Source of the DNA: Iphione sp. A-MEVVRFRX5
Lineage: Eukaryota
Direction of reading: 5' to 3'
Length of the DNA: 64,000 bases
Assembly (NCBI GenBank): GCA_976226885.1
Contig: OZ320313.1
Span: forward strand, 121,334,001 to 121,398,000
Made by a program: the position numbers and the translations under genes. Below, piece after piece: positions 14,390-26,260 of this stretch. Each line of letters starts with the position of its first letter. Position 1 is the stretch's first letter. The notes under the pieces are model-generated. The model was not told the DNA's origin. It did not search any database and saw nothing but the letters and a program-made list of their open reading frames with translations.

Positions 14390-14407
14390 CGTCCCCTGCC
14401 TTCCTGG
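14390..14407 (-). CDS. Candidate 18-nt frame-preserving microexon (SQEGRGR)
   Basis: atccacag|CCAGGAAGGCAGGGGACG|gtatgg; phase 2-2 and open, so it fits between exon 7 and the linker exon. Confidence 0.3.
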
Positions 14408-15333
14408 CTGTGGATATACGAATGGCTTCCATTGGTTTCTTCTTTCAACATAGCGTGACAGATGAGAATTAAACTGAAGCTGACAGAGAAAGTGATCTGA
14501 TGCACACCAGTACTGTGAAGAGTCATTAAACACTGGCAAGTGAGCTACGTGTCCAAATGTAAGAGAGAGGCCAGAGGAAGAGAGCAAAAGAGCTAGGCAA
14601 ACGGAAGTCGATAGACAGACAGACAGAAATCCTGTCTGCATGGGAGAAGGTGGTTAACCCTGAGTCTCTGACTCAGCATAGGTGACATTCACACTTCAGA
14701 GGGATGCAGGTGACAGTTTAAAAAGTATTATTACATACAATCTATCCCATTAACTCGCGAGGGAATTTTTGTGGAAGAGACAGTAGTCAATAGATCATAT
14801 AACACAAGCTTCCGACTGCCCTTCGTGTATCTAACTGGCCTTCATATATCTATTCCTGTAATGCAGGGGAGAACTTTAAGGAGGCGGGCCCAGGTTGCCA
14901 TGACCCTTGGTGTTATATTTGAGAGCTATCACCTGAAGGTGTATAAAGACGAGTAGGAAGAATAGTGAGCATTTAGCAATGTGAATACATGTGGAACCCC
15001 TAGTTTCGCTCGGATGATCGCCTCATCTATAACGACCGCAGTCTCAAAACTGAAGAAAACCACTGATAAATGGTCCCTCTGTATTCTATCGACATACAGA
15101 CACAGATATTGTGCTCAATATAAACTAGGCCCCCCCCCCAATACATTCCTTGCAGGAGGCCAAGGTATCTGATTCTGAATCATGCATGGGTGCTGATAAT
15201 TACATTCTAGTCCTGCGTTCATGTACCCTTTTGGGCGTTATGTTGGAACATTGTATTCCAGCTGGAATGCTCTCATAGCCAATAACATAATTCCAAGTGT
15301 AACTCTGAGTATGGCGGCAGTAAGTTGACTCAC

Positions 15334-15372
15334 GTGGGTTGTTAGCACAACAGACATTTCCAAGAATGCTCT
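15334..15372 (-). CDS. Candidate 39-nt cassette exon in KCNQ intron 7
   Basis: ttcttattctatttccgatttgcag|AGAGCATT...AACCCAC|gtgagt; strong acceptor and donor; open in phases 0 and 1, TAA stop in phase 2. Confidence 0.4.
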
Positions 15373-16623
15373 CTGCAAATCGGAAATAGAATAAGAAGGA
15401 GTGGTTTTTCCCAGTTGCTGGTCGATACTTTATGAATAAGCATCTACAATTAGACATTCTGTGGGTTCTGTCAAGAACGCTCCCCATCTCCGGATTAGAG
15501 TTAACAGCATTAAAGAAATATATGATAACAATGGCGCCTTCCTTGACTAGAGTGAGACATAAATCAGCCGAGGAACTGTTAGAGATTGGCACATATTCTG
15601 GTGCTTAAAATACACCTGGTTGTGGTAAATAGCTTTTGGTGTGAAGCCGTCACTCGGAGAGCCAGCCAGTAACGGCCGCCAGAAGCTCCTTCAAGGCTAC
15701 TGCTGCTGCAGGGAGGAAGGCCCAAACCGGCAATCAAGAGTCCGCATCGACATGGAAATAGCTGGCGATGGATAGTTGGGGGCCATTTCCCGTAAAGCGC
15801 CAGCAGGAGTGGGCCAGAATCACTCCATCATTGACCCGGAGGAGAATTAGCTGCTTGTGAATAGTAGACTGTTTATAGGGAGGGATAAAGGCTTTTATCT
15901 TCTAAAGACTACTTTTCCCCATCAGGACACTTACCTATGTTGACTGAACGGATGGATACCCATGCGTCAGAATTTCGCGAAGCCAACATGTACACACAGT
16001 TTTACAAACTGTATTGGCTTTCCAGTAAAAGAAATAGTCAGAAACTATCAAAAGCTATTACAAATGATGTAGAAAAAGACTGTGTTAGTTTTCGTTGGCT
16101 AACCTATACGAATTTACTACTCTGTTTAAAAATTTAACCATACAAGTCCATTCGGTCTACCGCGTTCAGTTGTGCTCACCAAAAGAATTACCAGTACTAC
16201 GAAAAATTTAAGAGGTATTACTCCCTTGCTGACGTACATATTAGGAGATAATATTTACCAACAGGCCCTATATAAGCAATTCTAAGCCATAGATTTGCTT
16301 TAGAAATAGGGATGGTGGATAGAGGGCACCTTTAATACATTGAGAAGCCGGTCAGGTTCGCCCTGCGTGCTACCAAGCTGAGCAAACCTAAGTACCGTCT
16401 AGATAGCAGTCAGTTGCTGGCTCGCAGGTAGAGATGTGTCCCGATGTGCTATGTTAGGGACGCTGCGGGATGTTCTGGTGCCACAGGATGAGATGATATT
16501 GCTATATATGCTTGTCCCTTGCGGCGCCACCTCAGAGGTAGAATATGAGTTGCCACACATTGAACGACATCCTTGGGTGTCATTTACCACGAAAAAAAAG
16601 GACGGCGACGGGTATGGTCTTAC

Positions 16624-16664
16624 TTCCTCTGCGACTCCGTGTTTGCATCTTCTCCCTCCGCACT
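16624..16664 (-). CDS. Candidate 41-nt cassette exon in KCNQ intron 7
   Basis: gctattttag|AGTGCGG...AGAGGAA|gtaaga; purine-rich; open in all three frames. Confidence 0.4.
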
Positions 16665-17273
16665 CTAAAATAGCATTTGCCATCGGTCCTATGCCACATC
16701 AGTCACCGTTTGATCAACCGTGCTAAAAGATATGCATACGCTCCTTTCGAACATAAGACCCACCGGCACAGGCCGTGTAACGTAGCCTACAAAGCTTAAT
16801 AATGTGGCGAGAGACCGGGGAATGATAAGCTTAAAACATGTGATAATGTCAGCAGGATTATTAGCGCCCTCTTGTTCTAGTAGGGTATAACCGAATGAAA
16901 AAGGGCTATAATATAGTGATGACAACTTCATCTTATGGAAATTAGTTTAAATTTGACCTACATACATACATTACGGTCGTCCTGCTGGTTGCGTTGTGCT
17001 ACACCCATTTTTGTGTCATGTTCTTTTTTCTGTTATTGTCTAAAATATTGAGTTCTTGCTCTTGATGGGGGGACTGCATTGGATTTGTGTTTATTCAACA
17101 CAACTATAGAACCTCTTAACGGTAGTCGAGAGAAATGGGGTACATACTACTCGTCACCCTACCGTATACCGGAGCGGCTAGCCTAAGAACGTGCAAGCCC
17201 ACTGGACCTGCGATAGGTCCATATGGCTGGGATCGGTGCCTCTTAAAGCTGCTGCCCAGGCTATTATGAAATG

Positions 17274-17390
17274 CGTAGGCAGGTGTCCGCGTCCACCTTA
17301 TTGGCCATTTCCAGCATCTTGATGACATACCGCTGGCCGGCAATGTAGCTGACAGGTGCAGAGTCCTGGTCTAATAACGAAAACAATGAG
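17274..17390 (-). mobile_element. Possible P-element/THAP9-like transposase C-terminal fragment
   Basis: SYIAGQRYVIKMLEMANKVDADTCLRI loosely resembles the YIAGYV.KKL...C..C motif; short and degenerate. Confidence 0.2.
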
Positions 17391-18452
17391 CTTGACAGTC
17401 TGTGCTCCTTGGAACGTTGCAAGAGTGTTCAGCGCCCGTGGTGTGTGGCGCTCATTCTGGACCGGGTTATGCCCCCGGGGCAGTCGTCTCCGAGGAATTA
17501 ATTGTTACGGAATGACGTAGGAACGGCCACATGGCCCTGTTGCATGCAGTCTTGCAGTAATATCTGAATATCTGATATCCTCTACTCCAAAGGGGTAAGG
17601 GGTATGTACATTTCTGGATCCAGGATCCCCAAGATGCAACTTAATATGGCGACGATTGTCATAACACGCTGTACATATTAAATGATCAAGATGCCCCCGT
17701 CCTTTCCCCAACACACAACGCCACCTACTTACCCAGCAACGAACCTTGGTGGCAACAGGGGAACGCTAAGGAATGCACAAAGGGCTGTGTAAAGGTGCTT
17801 CTTCAGGCCGTGCGAAAGTAAAAGACGCTAGCTAAGTATTCCGAAGATCTAGAACCTTCTGCGATGCGCGCGCAAGGTAGAACTCCCTCAGTTGGGCTAC
17901 TATGGTAATCCTTCAAGAAGTAAGAGCCTCTGAGGTCTCTTGCGAGTCAGACCTACCGCTCTGTGTCGAGGGAGAAGGTTTCTATTCCGACCAACGGTCT
18001 ACCTAAAACGTGGTGTCTCGTGGTCTTGTAAAAAAACTTTCCAGCCGGTTACGTTCCGGGTAATGCTTTGTCTCTGGGAGCGCTGCTAAATTCAGATGAA
18101 CCGAATGATCTTTGCACCACTAAGTACAATGCTAGGCCACATACATGTGTACCATGTCGTATATCAGACTGATGGACGACCTCACGCGATGCTTGGGACA
18201 CTATGCGCTAGGAAAAGAAGACAGACGTACAAACACATGCCGTTCTCGTATAGCTGCATATACATGCATTCCCTTACTTTCAGAGAGCGGATAGTCGCTT
18301 TGCAAAATTTATTATTACCTAAAAGGCCATCATCAACTTCAGCATTCTGGGAATATACGTATATATAAAATGTATTTGTATATGTATGTATATATGCCCG
18401 CGCGGTGTCTATAGACACAAAGTGAAGCAATTCTCTCCATGCGCACTCGTAC

Positions 18453-18545
18453 TTCACTGACTGGTGCCCCGGTGGTCGGCAGGAGACCATTGTTCGTCAC
18501 GCCTGTCTTGACATCCTGTCCCTTGGGTTGAAGGTCTTTTGGCAT
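18453..18545 (-). CDS. Candidate internal alternative first exon (coding part MPKDLQPKGQDVKTGVTNNGLLPTTGAPVSE)
   Basis: ATG with a purine at -3; GC-rich upstream region 18560-18740 with a GC box; no polypyrimidine tract; phase-0 donors at 18461 (gtcagt) or 18452 (gtacga). Confidence 0.25.
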
Positions 18546-20428
18546 TGCTACTGGTCAACTCTCTTTCCCCCTCCACCATCACCAACCACCACTTCGACCT
18601 CAGTGCTGCTTTCCTGTAACTCGCACCGCCTCACCCCCTACCCCCCGCCCCTCTCCCCACGAAAGTCGAACAGCCCACCCGCGGCCGACCTCCTCTCCCT
18701 ACCGCATCAACAGCAGAGCGAGCCTCGACCGCAAGCAAACGATAGTTTCCCGTAATGTATTAAAATTATGTTTAATATATTGGCAATACCTTACACTAGC
18801 AAAGGATTTTCATCGGTGACTATGGCAACTGAGCAAAAATGGTGTTGACTTTAGTAATATTGAAGGTACTGTTGCTGATACTGCGACTAGGCTGGGCTGC
18901 AGTGATTTACCGATTTCGTCCTCATTTTAACTCATACTTTAAAGGCAGACAGCAAGCAAACGTAGCTCTTTCACAATCGACTTGCTTACATTGCCTGCTG
19001 AGAAATATAAATCATACAAGTATTCGTTTTTTGTACATGGCACAGAAAGACTGTCTCTGAAAGGAACCATGGATAGGCCTATACTGAAGATTAGTACGAG
19101 TATTTTAACATTTGAGCTATATTTATAGAGTCTTCTTGAGAGTCGGGTAATAAGGGCAAGAATTGTAAATAAGGTGCAGGCTAATTGTACTTCATTCTCT
19201 TTTCAGCAAAAGCTCTATTCCCTGAGAAGTAATTGTTTTCTGAGGCCATTAATGCTGACCTCAGCGCAAATTGTCCTCGAGTCCTAGAGAGAGAAATGAT
19301 CAGTGAAAGTCGTGGTCCTTCGAGGATCTAAGTTCGACATCCGGAATGCCTTAACTCAGCAATGTTACCTGCATTCCTTCCATATTTTCCTGGCGGTCAT
19401 GCACTGAAAACCCTTCCGGTGATGCTTAAATGTCTTGGAACTGCATTACTCTAAGTAGAAGCATCTCCTCTTTCTGCCGTTAATGTTCCTTCTTCTCTTT
19501 CTGCACTTAATGTAGTGTATAATAATTGCACCCTCGAACACCAGCTTGCTGTTATACTAAGATATAGGCACGCCTATAAATGGGTGTGTCTGCCGACTAC
19601 TGTTTGAAGCACGTGAACTGGTGCCCTACAGAAGCCTTGTCAATAAACCACAGAAGCAAATCGAAGGGTAGCGTGAAACCTCGCGCTTTTACATGGAGCG
19701 ATTGTCACATATATGACAGTAAGACGATGCCAGGAGGTTCCCCTCCTCTTAAAAACACGGTGGATACTACTGCAGACTTGAGATGACTTTTTATTCTACA
19801 TGGCCGGATGATATCGTGAAAAAAATGAACACTATTGTAGCAAACTTTCGATGTGTGCTGGTCACTCATTAGGAAAGACTTGGCTATAAGGTCTTTACCT
19901 TGAACGAATCTGCCAATAATAGCACATGGGCCCCAGATGGGGCCCAGCTGAGCATCGCATATGGGATTGACCACAAGCTTTAGCAGAGTCTCACATAGTT
20001 AAGGTACTGCCTATAAAGTCTCCGTAATTATACATCTATCTTTAAACATGTGTTGTAAAGTTGTTTTTCTGAGATTCAAGAATGTTCACTTGCTTAAATA
20101 ACACAGAGCACCTTTTCACATTTGGGCTTGCCCACTGAGCTGAAGCCCATGGACAAACCCTGCATGAGCCGGGGCTCAGATTACAATGCTGACAGACAGG
20201 TTTTTCACAGGTATCTGTGGCGAGATCGCGACTTCAGTTTTGGGAAAAAATAGAGAAGATAACACGTGTAGTTCCCACTGACTTTTAATATCCTAAGGTT
20301 ACCGGTATATTTAATGATGAATATACCATGACATTTAATAAAACGGAGTACAAAGAAGTAAATATGTCCTGAAAGCCTCGATGTAGGGTTTAACTACCTG
20401 TGGACGGTATCTAAGCTGGTTCTCTTCA

Positions 20429-21755
20429 AATAGATAGATAGATACCTTTATTTCATATTCTCATGTTTACAACTGAGATGTTCCAGTGAAAGTGAAACAG
20501 CAGACGAATAACTGTACATATAACACAACACACAAACAAGCGATTGGGTAGGACAGGATTTGATTCTTTCAGTGAGTCTTGGATAGATAGTTTTTAATGG
20601 GCTGGGTCTGTTTGCTCAATTGTAGTGGTCCCGGCAATTCGTTCCATTTACTTAGACCTTGATACCAAAAGCTTCTCATGTAACTGCCTGCATTAGATTT
20701 GCTCATCAGTAGAACAGCCCCTGTACATGATTTAGTGTGAATGCGCTGTTTTCAATTTACACAATTCCAAACATTTCATCATGTGAATCAGAAGGACTGT
20801 TTGCACCATGCCTTGATATGTTGGAGGTTCTCCAGGTGCAGTAACTGCTGTAACAACTTTGCTGGCCTGTCAGAACATTGAGAACCCAGCATGACTGTCG
20901 TTAACAGTCTGTTATACTCTATTTGAAGATCATCAAGGAACTTATTGCTCTTGTGCACTAGGAAGCATAAGCCATATTCAACCTCTGGAGCCAAATAGGC
21001 TGTGGCTCTCACTGAGAACTCGAGATTATCTGAGACCTTAGCCAGTGCAAGTGCACACTGCCTTGCTTTCCTCTTTATTACATTGGTCAGGGGTCTCCAG
21101 GTGAGCCCTTCATCAAGGTGATAGCCCAGCAGAACAGCCTCTCGAACCTTCTTAATCGGACTGCCACACAGGGTCAAGTTGAGGTCCAACACTTTTGACT
21201 TCCTAAAGGACATGTACATACATTTACTAGTGTTCAGGACAAGCCCATTTTCTGAGCACCAGGATGCTACATCCTTCAGGCTTCTTTGCATTTTGACCCT
21301 AGGTGCTACCAAGTTGGATGCCCAGCAGTATACCGTAATGGTGTCTGCATACATGATTAAATTAGCAATTACTAAAGACTTTGGTAGTGTCCTCATGATG
21401 ACTGTAAATAGCAGGAGCCCCATCAGTCTTCCCTGAGAGATCCCTTGATTTGCATCTAGAATTTGAGAGTTTTGTCTAGCATGGCAACTGCCACATGCCT
21501 ATATGCATTCAGAGCTTCATAGGCAACACTTACGATCGTAGCAATGGCAGTTTCGGTTCCTCGGCCCGCTTGGAGCCCATACTGTTGTGGGCACAACTTA
21601 CAAGAACTCTCCAGATAGGCTACAAAATAAGTGTGGACCACCTTTTCTACAGTTTTACCTATGTTGGATAAAACAGCAATGGAGCAGTAGTTCTCTACTG
21701 AGAGGAATGGCTATTTTTTGAGTAGCGGACTTACTCTTGCACACTTCCAAGACTG
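20429..21755 (-). mobile_element. 5'-truncated, decayed non-LTR retrotransposon (CR1/L2-group, Crack/Daphne-like)
   Basis: RT motifs WKCARVSPLLKK, QYGLQAGRGTETA, LIMYADT, WCSENGLVLNTSKC, with stops and frameshifts; 3' end has AATAAA followed by a (TATC)n tail at 20429-20445. Confidence 0.9.
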
Positions 21756-22996
21756 AAGAAAGAAACCTTTTAAAAGTGTAATGTTAATCAACCTGTATAC
21801 TACCTCAATGCAGACAAGCAAAGCGTCCCGCAGGGTTATTATTAGAATGATAATTACTTTTCAAGATGGAGGAAGATCTGCACTTAATACATAAGCTACC
21901 AATCGCTGCCAGACAGCACGGCTTTCAACAATGACAACTGGGAGTTTGCGCCATTAACTACTACAGACAAAATCTCCCAGCCTTCGTCAACGAAAGTGCC
22001 GATTAATAATGGATAGGAAAGTAGTCTGTCCACAGCGAGAGAAAGGATAGCTCTAACTGTGTGCCGACACATGACAGACGTCCAGCAGCTATTAAGATCA
22101 GAGGAGATTCTTTGCTCAGATGACGAACGATGCCTTAGGGAGAGGAGCGCCGCATCAGGAAATATCTATGGCCTGCGAAAGAATACTGCCAGCGAGAAGA
22201 CATTCCCCTAATAGGGGTTTAATGAGTCTTCATTTGTCGACTCCTGATAATATCTTTCACTGTTGCACTGTGAATTTTGAGTTACTAAGCCACCATGGGA
22301 ATTTTGTGAATACTAACAGAATTATCGGAATTTTGTTTGTGGATAACCAAAAGGAATTATGAGAATTCTGCTTTTGAGTAACCAAGGAACAATAGGAATT
22401 TTTTCTGTGAATTGTGCCTGGAGAGACCCCGTTGCATTCGAAGTCTCAGGACACTTGCATGTTTAACCATTAACGGTTCTCATGCTAGCTCCGAGCAGAA
22501 AACAGTGCATGTACATCACTATAAAAACTACGCATATGGGAACACAATCAAATAACAATGAAAGCTGAATATGAAATCATTACTTTCTGTCAATTATTGT
22601 TTTCGGTGGCGTATAGGATGTATGATGAAATGCGTCACAACGAATCCTGAAATATACCGGGACCAGCTTGAACTATTGCCTTCTTAAACGCCCAGATCTA
22701 CGCACGTTATGCAGCGATTGTCTTTACGATAATGTCGGCAGCAAAACAGACATGCATGTATTATGTGCCTATGACAAATTGTCAGCGCCGATAGAAGTCA
22801 AGATAGTTTAAAAGATGCCTTGCATTTCAGTAGTATGATGTTTGCGATTGAGGAGATTAGCATAACAGAATAAATTCATTTTCCGTTTACCTTTTCAAGC
22901 AAGTTCATTGATAGTTTATACCATATCTAGATTGTAAAAGTGCCTTGAATAGCTCATACTTTCAAATGCTCCTGATGGATCGTTTTCAATTCGCAC

Positions 22997-23018
22997 ATAT
23001 ACATATATATATATATAT
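22997..23018. repeat. (TA)n microsatellite
   Basis: catatacatatatatatatatatgt; similar short runs near 5040 and 12316-12336. Confidence 0.85.
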
Positions 23019-23589
23019 GTACAACAGGGATACTGAAGATTAATCTGTTCACAACGAAGTGGTACTATCGAATCCAAACATAGAAACAGAAATGTGAGGG
23101 CTTAAACTCTGGCTATGGTGTGAGTCAGCAATGGTGAAATTTGACTGAGGTGTGAATCAGCAATCGTTCAAGGTGGTTATGGCATAGATCACCAATCAGG
23201 CATTTCAACATGTATTACTCTATAACTGTATGTAGAGCCTGGTCATACGGGAAGATAACTGAGGTAATGCCACAGTCGCTAAGCAGTATCAAATCAAACG
23301 TTGCCTGTTAACACATGCACAATCACTCAGCAGAGGCATGGTGGATCTCAGTTGTTTTGGTCATTGTTGACATGGAGGGTAAACAGAAGCTACTGCTAGC
23401 AATAAAACAGCAAGATGCAGTACAGCCCAACATAGCCGCCGACAATGACCTGTATCTTCCAAGCGCTGGGAGACAGGTGTTAAAGGAGTAACCGGACCGA
23501 CTGGAGTAAGCGGTTTAGGATTGAGGCAGTCGTTGTCAGTCTCCCCAACCCCAATGCTGTGAGGATATAGATCTCTTGGTAATACTCAC

Positions 23590-23774
23590 GATGACGGACT
23601 CCTGCAGGGTTTAGTGTGTGGCTTCCAGGTGGCCACCGAGAGCGAGTTCTCGTCTGCCGCGTAACACCGCCACAGACTCTGGATCAGCGTTGCCGCGGGC
23701 ACCCGCCGCCGAATGAGATGTTTTTGTCGCTGTTGCTGTTGCACCTTCAGGGCGAACCCTGAACCGAGTATACC
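23590..23774 (-). CDS. KCNQ: KCNQ exon 7 (S6 end and calmodulin-binding helix A)
   Basis: ttctcttag|GGT ATA...TCA TC|gtgagt; 185 bp; [61 protein letters not shown]. Confidence 0.96.
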
Positions 23775-24157
23775 CTAAGAGAATTGATGATAAAATATCC
23801 AAATAAACGCATGTAGATTGGAAGGAAATGTACCTGGATATTGATATATCATGCTTTAGGTCGAGTATGGTAGATTAAAGTGAAATGCATTGCACAGTGG
23901 AGAGGCCTTTCTTGGGAGAATGTAGACGCTTCGTCAGCTGGCATTATACAGAAACAAATGATATGATCATATGAAGATCAGTGATACGTACATGTATCAT
24001 GCCTCGTGCGTCACTGAACAATACACCAGCAACCCTATTCCTTATCCTGTGTAACGCTGCATGGCACGTACGGTAGCATACAGGTCATATTTTGTCAGCA
24101 GAAATAGTACTAAAAACTATAAATTAATGCCAAAATGTCGGATGTATGTATACGTAC

Positions 24158-24268
24158 AGCAGGAAGCGCGAAGAATGAGATTCCCAGGACGGCACAGAAG
24201 GCAGCGATGAGCTTTCCAGCCCATGTTATTGGTACCGTGTCACCATAACCCACTGTACATAAGGTTAT
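24158..24268 (-). CDS. KCNQ: KCNQ exon 6 (selectivity filter TVGYGD and S6)
   Basis: ttgttccag|ATA ACC...CCT GCT|gtacgt; 111 bp; [37 protein letters not shown]. Confidence 0.97.
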
Positions 24269-24582
24269 CTGGAACAAAGACGTCGTTCATTTTTTTATGG
24301 ATACACACGTCTTAACGTATTAATATGAATAATATATGTATATTCGTTCATTGGTACTGTGAGAAGATTTCACTATAAAGGACCTTATGAAAAATGTTGG
24401 AAATGAAATATCAAATACTTAAAACACTTCAGACTTATTTTGATTTCAGTATATAACTACACAATGTAAGTTGCTTTTCCTTAGGACGAAAGATAGACTG
24501 TTAATTAATATGGAGCAGTCGCTACTATTATTAAAGGAACCACAAATATCTCCTAGGATAATGTCAATCTAAAAGTACTTAC

Positions 24583-24711
24583 TACCCCCCACCACAGAGC
24601 ATCAGCGTAGGTACCGAATCTTTTTGGATTTTTCTCTTTCTCGGCGAGAAAAACCAAAAACGATGAGAATATAAGGCCTAAGAAACCGATGTACAATGTT
24701 GTGAACAGCTC
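24583..24711 (-). CDS. KCNQ: KCNQ exon 5 (S5, turret, pore helix start)
   Basis: tttattcag|GAG CTG...GGG GTA|gtaagt; 129 bp; [43 protein letters not shown]. Confidence 0.97.
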
Positions 24712-25858
24712 CTGAATAAAGAAAGGAGAAAAAGATCACTGGCTAGAGTACAGGTCCAACGTATTGCAACACTCATTTGCGTTAGATGTATGTACAATTC
24801 CGAATACGATGCAGCACTCAGGAATACCAGAGCTACGTTCGGCGGGGCTAATTTAAGGCCTTGCGCATGCGTTCTTAATCATTAGCTGATAATAGGTTTC
24901 ACTGGGCCACTGACTTCCGTTGCAGGTTGCCGCAACCACAGTATTTCCTGAAGGCCAGCTGCAAGTCCGCATTCACACACCCTCCGTTGGTTTATTCTGC
25001 ACGCAAAGGTCATGCGGACCAATAGAAATACTGACCTCCAAAAAAGTCTAGGTTTATTCCTCCTTTAATTAGAAATAATGGTTTCAGTATACATCCGCCT
25101 TACTGTATGGGGGGCGTTATACCTAAAATATCCGCATACACACTTCAATGAAACGTTTGTATAATTATGCATGCTGTTTTTTTTTCGGAAACATGTGGGA
25201 ATAAATGGACGTTTATTGTTCTTTGTAGTAAGAATATTTTCTGCTTTCTCCAGAATTCAGGAAGGTCTTGTTATGCAGGCATGTCTTTACACAGGTGCTT
25301 TCTGCATGGATCCTTCGCTTCTGCAGTTTGTATCTTACCAACCGCAACATGATAATAATGCCTATATCCATCGCTGTTATAATTCCTTACTTCTGGCATC
25401 GATTAATACCCCTCGACTGGATTTCTTACGGTGGCTACATACCCACAGCCTTTAGCTTTGGCGAATCTGGTTAAGACGTCATACAGCTTTAAGATGATGA
25501 AAGCCCATGGACGATGTGCTAAGGCGCGAGTCTCTAGGATCCCATCTAGCCAATATAATAGGAGTCTGCAGCAGTGTTTAAGGAGATTAATGCCTGAGAC
25601 ATCCATTGGCGCGTTGCTTCTAGTGTAGGTCTTTCTCCTATGGTAAGATGTATACTGCACCGTGCATACTTGCCCATGGATAAGTCTCGGACACATGTAG
25701 ACATTCTATACCATCGTCCAGACATTGCAAAAACAAAGCCACTATGCGCGATATTTTTCTCGTTTTTAAATGCGCCTACTTGTCATTTTGTCGCAAGGGA
25801 ACCTACGTTTTTGATGATTATTCTTAAATTATGTTAAATAAGGTATGCATACTATACC

Positions 25859-25960
25859 AGAGAGAAAAAGACAGACAGACAGACAGACATGACAGAGACA
25901 GGGAATTGGAGAGAGAGAGACTGACAGACAGCGAGAGGCAGAGACCCACGGAGAGAGACA
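25859..25960. repeat. Compound (GACA)n/(GA)n microsatellite
   Basis: agacagacagacagacagac...gagagagaga. Confidence 0.85.
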
Positions 25961-26027
25961 ACGATTATCTGAGGGAGGGAGGGAGCTACGCAACGAACCA
26001 GTATGCCATATAGAGGGTTCTCCTTAC

Positions 26028-26203
26028 CTGTCGGTGCGCCCAAACAACGGAGCCGAGCAGTTTCCATGATCCTCCCCGCCGATCAACGCGAACCATACGC
26101 AAGATTTGGAAGAAGCGGAGACCCCGCAGCGCTGAAGTGGCAAACACCTGCCCGCTGCTCCCCAGGCAGAGTATAACAATACTAGCAGAGATGACGACGA
26201 TAT
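26028..26203 (-). CDS. KCNQ: KCNQ exon 4 (S3, S4 voltage sensor, S4-S5 linker)
   Basis: ttttgcag|AT ATC...CGA CAG|gtaagg; 176 bp; [59 protein letters not shown]. Confidence 0.97.
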
Positions 26204-26220
26204 CTGCAAAAAGCAGCCCA

Positions 26221-26260
26221 GGGGAGGGAGGGAGGGAGGGAGGGAGGGAGGAAAGGAAGA
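26221..26260. repeat. (GGGA)n repeat forming an extended pyrimidine tract upstream of the KCNQ exon 4 acceptor
   Basis: ggggagggagggagggagggagggagggag on + strand, which is (TCCC)n in the pre-mRNA. Confidence 0.9.
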
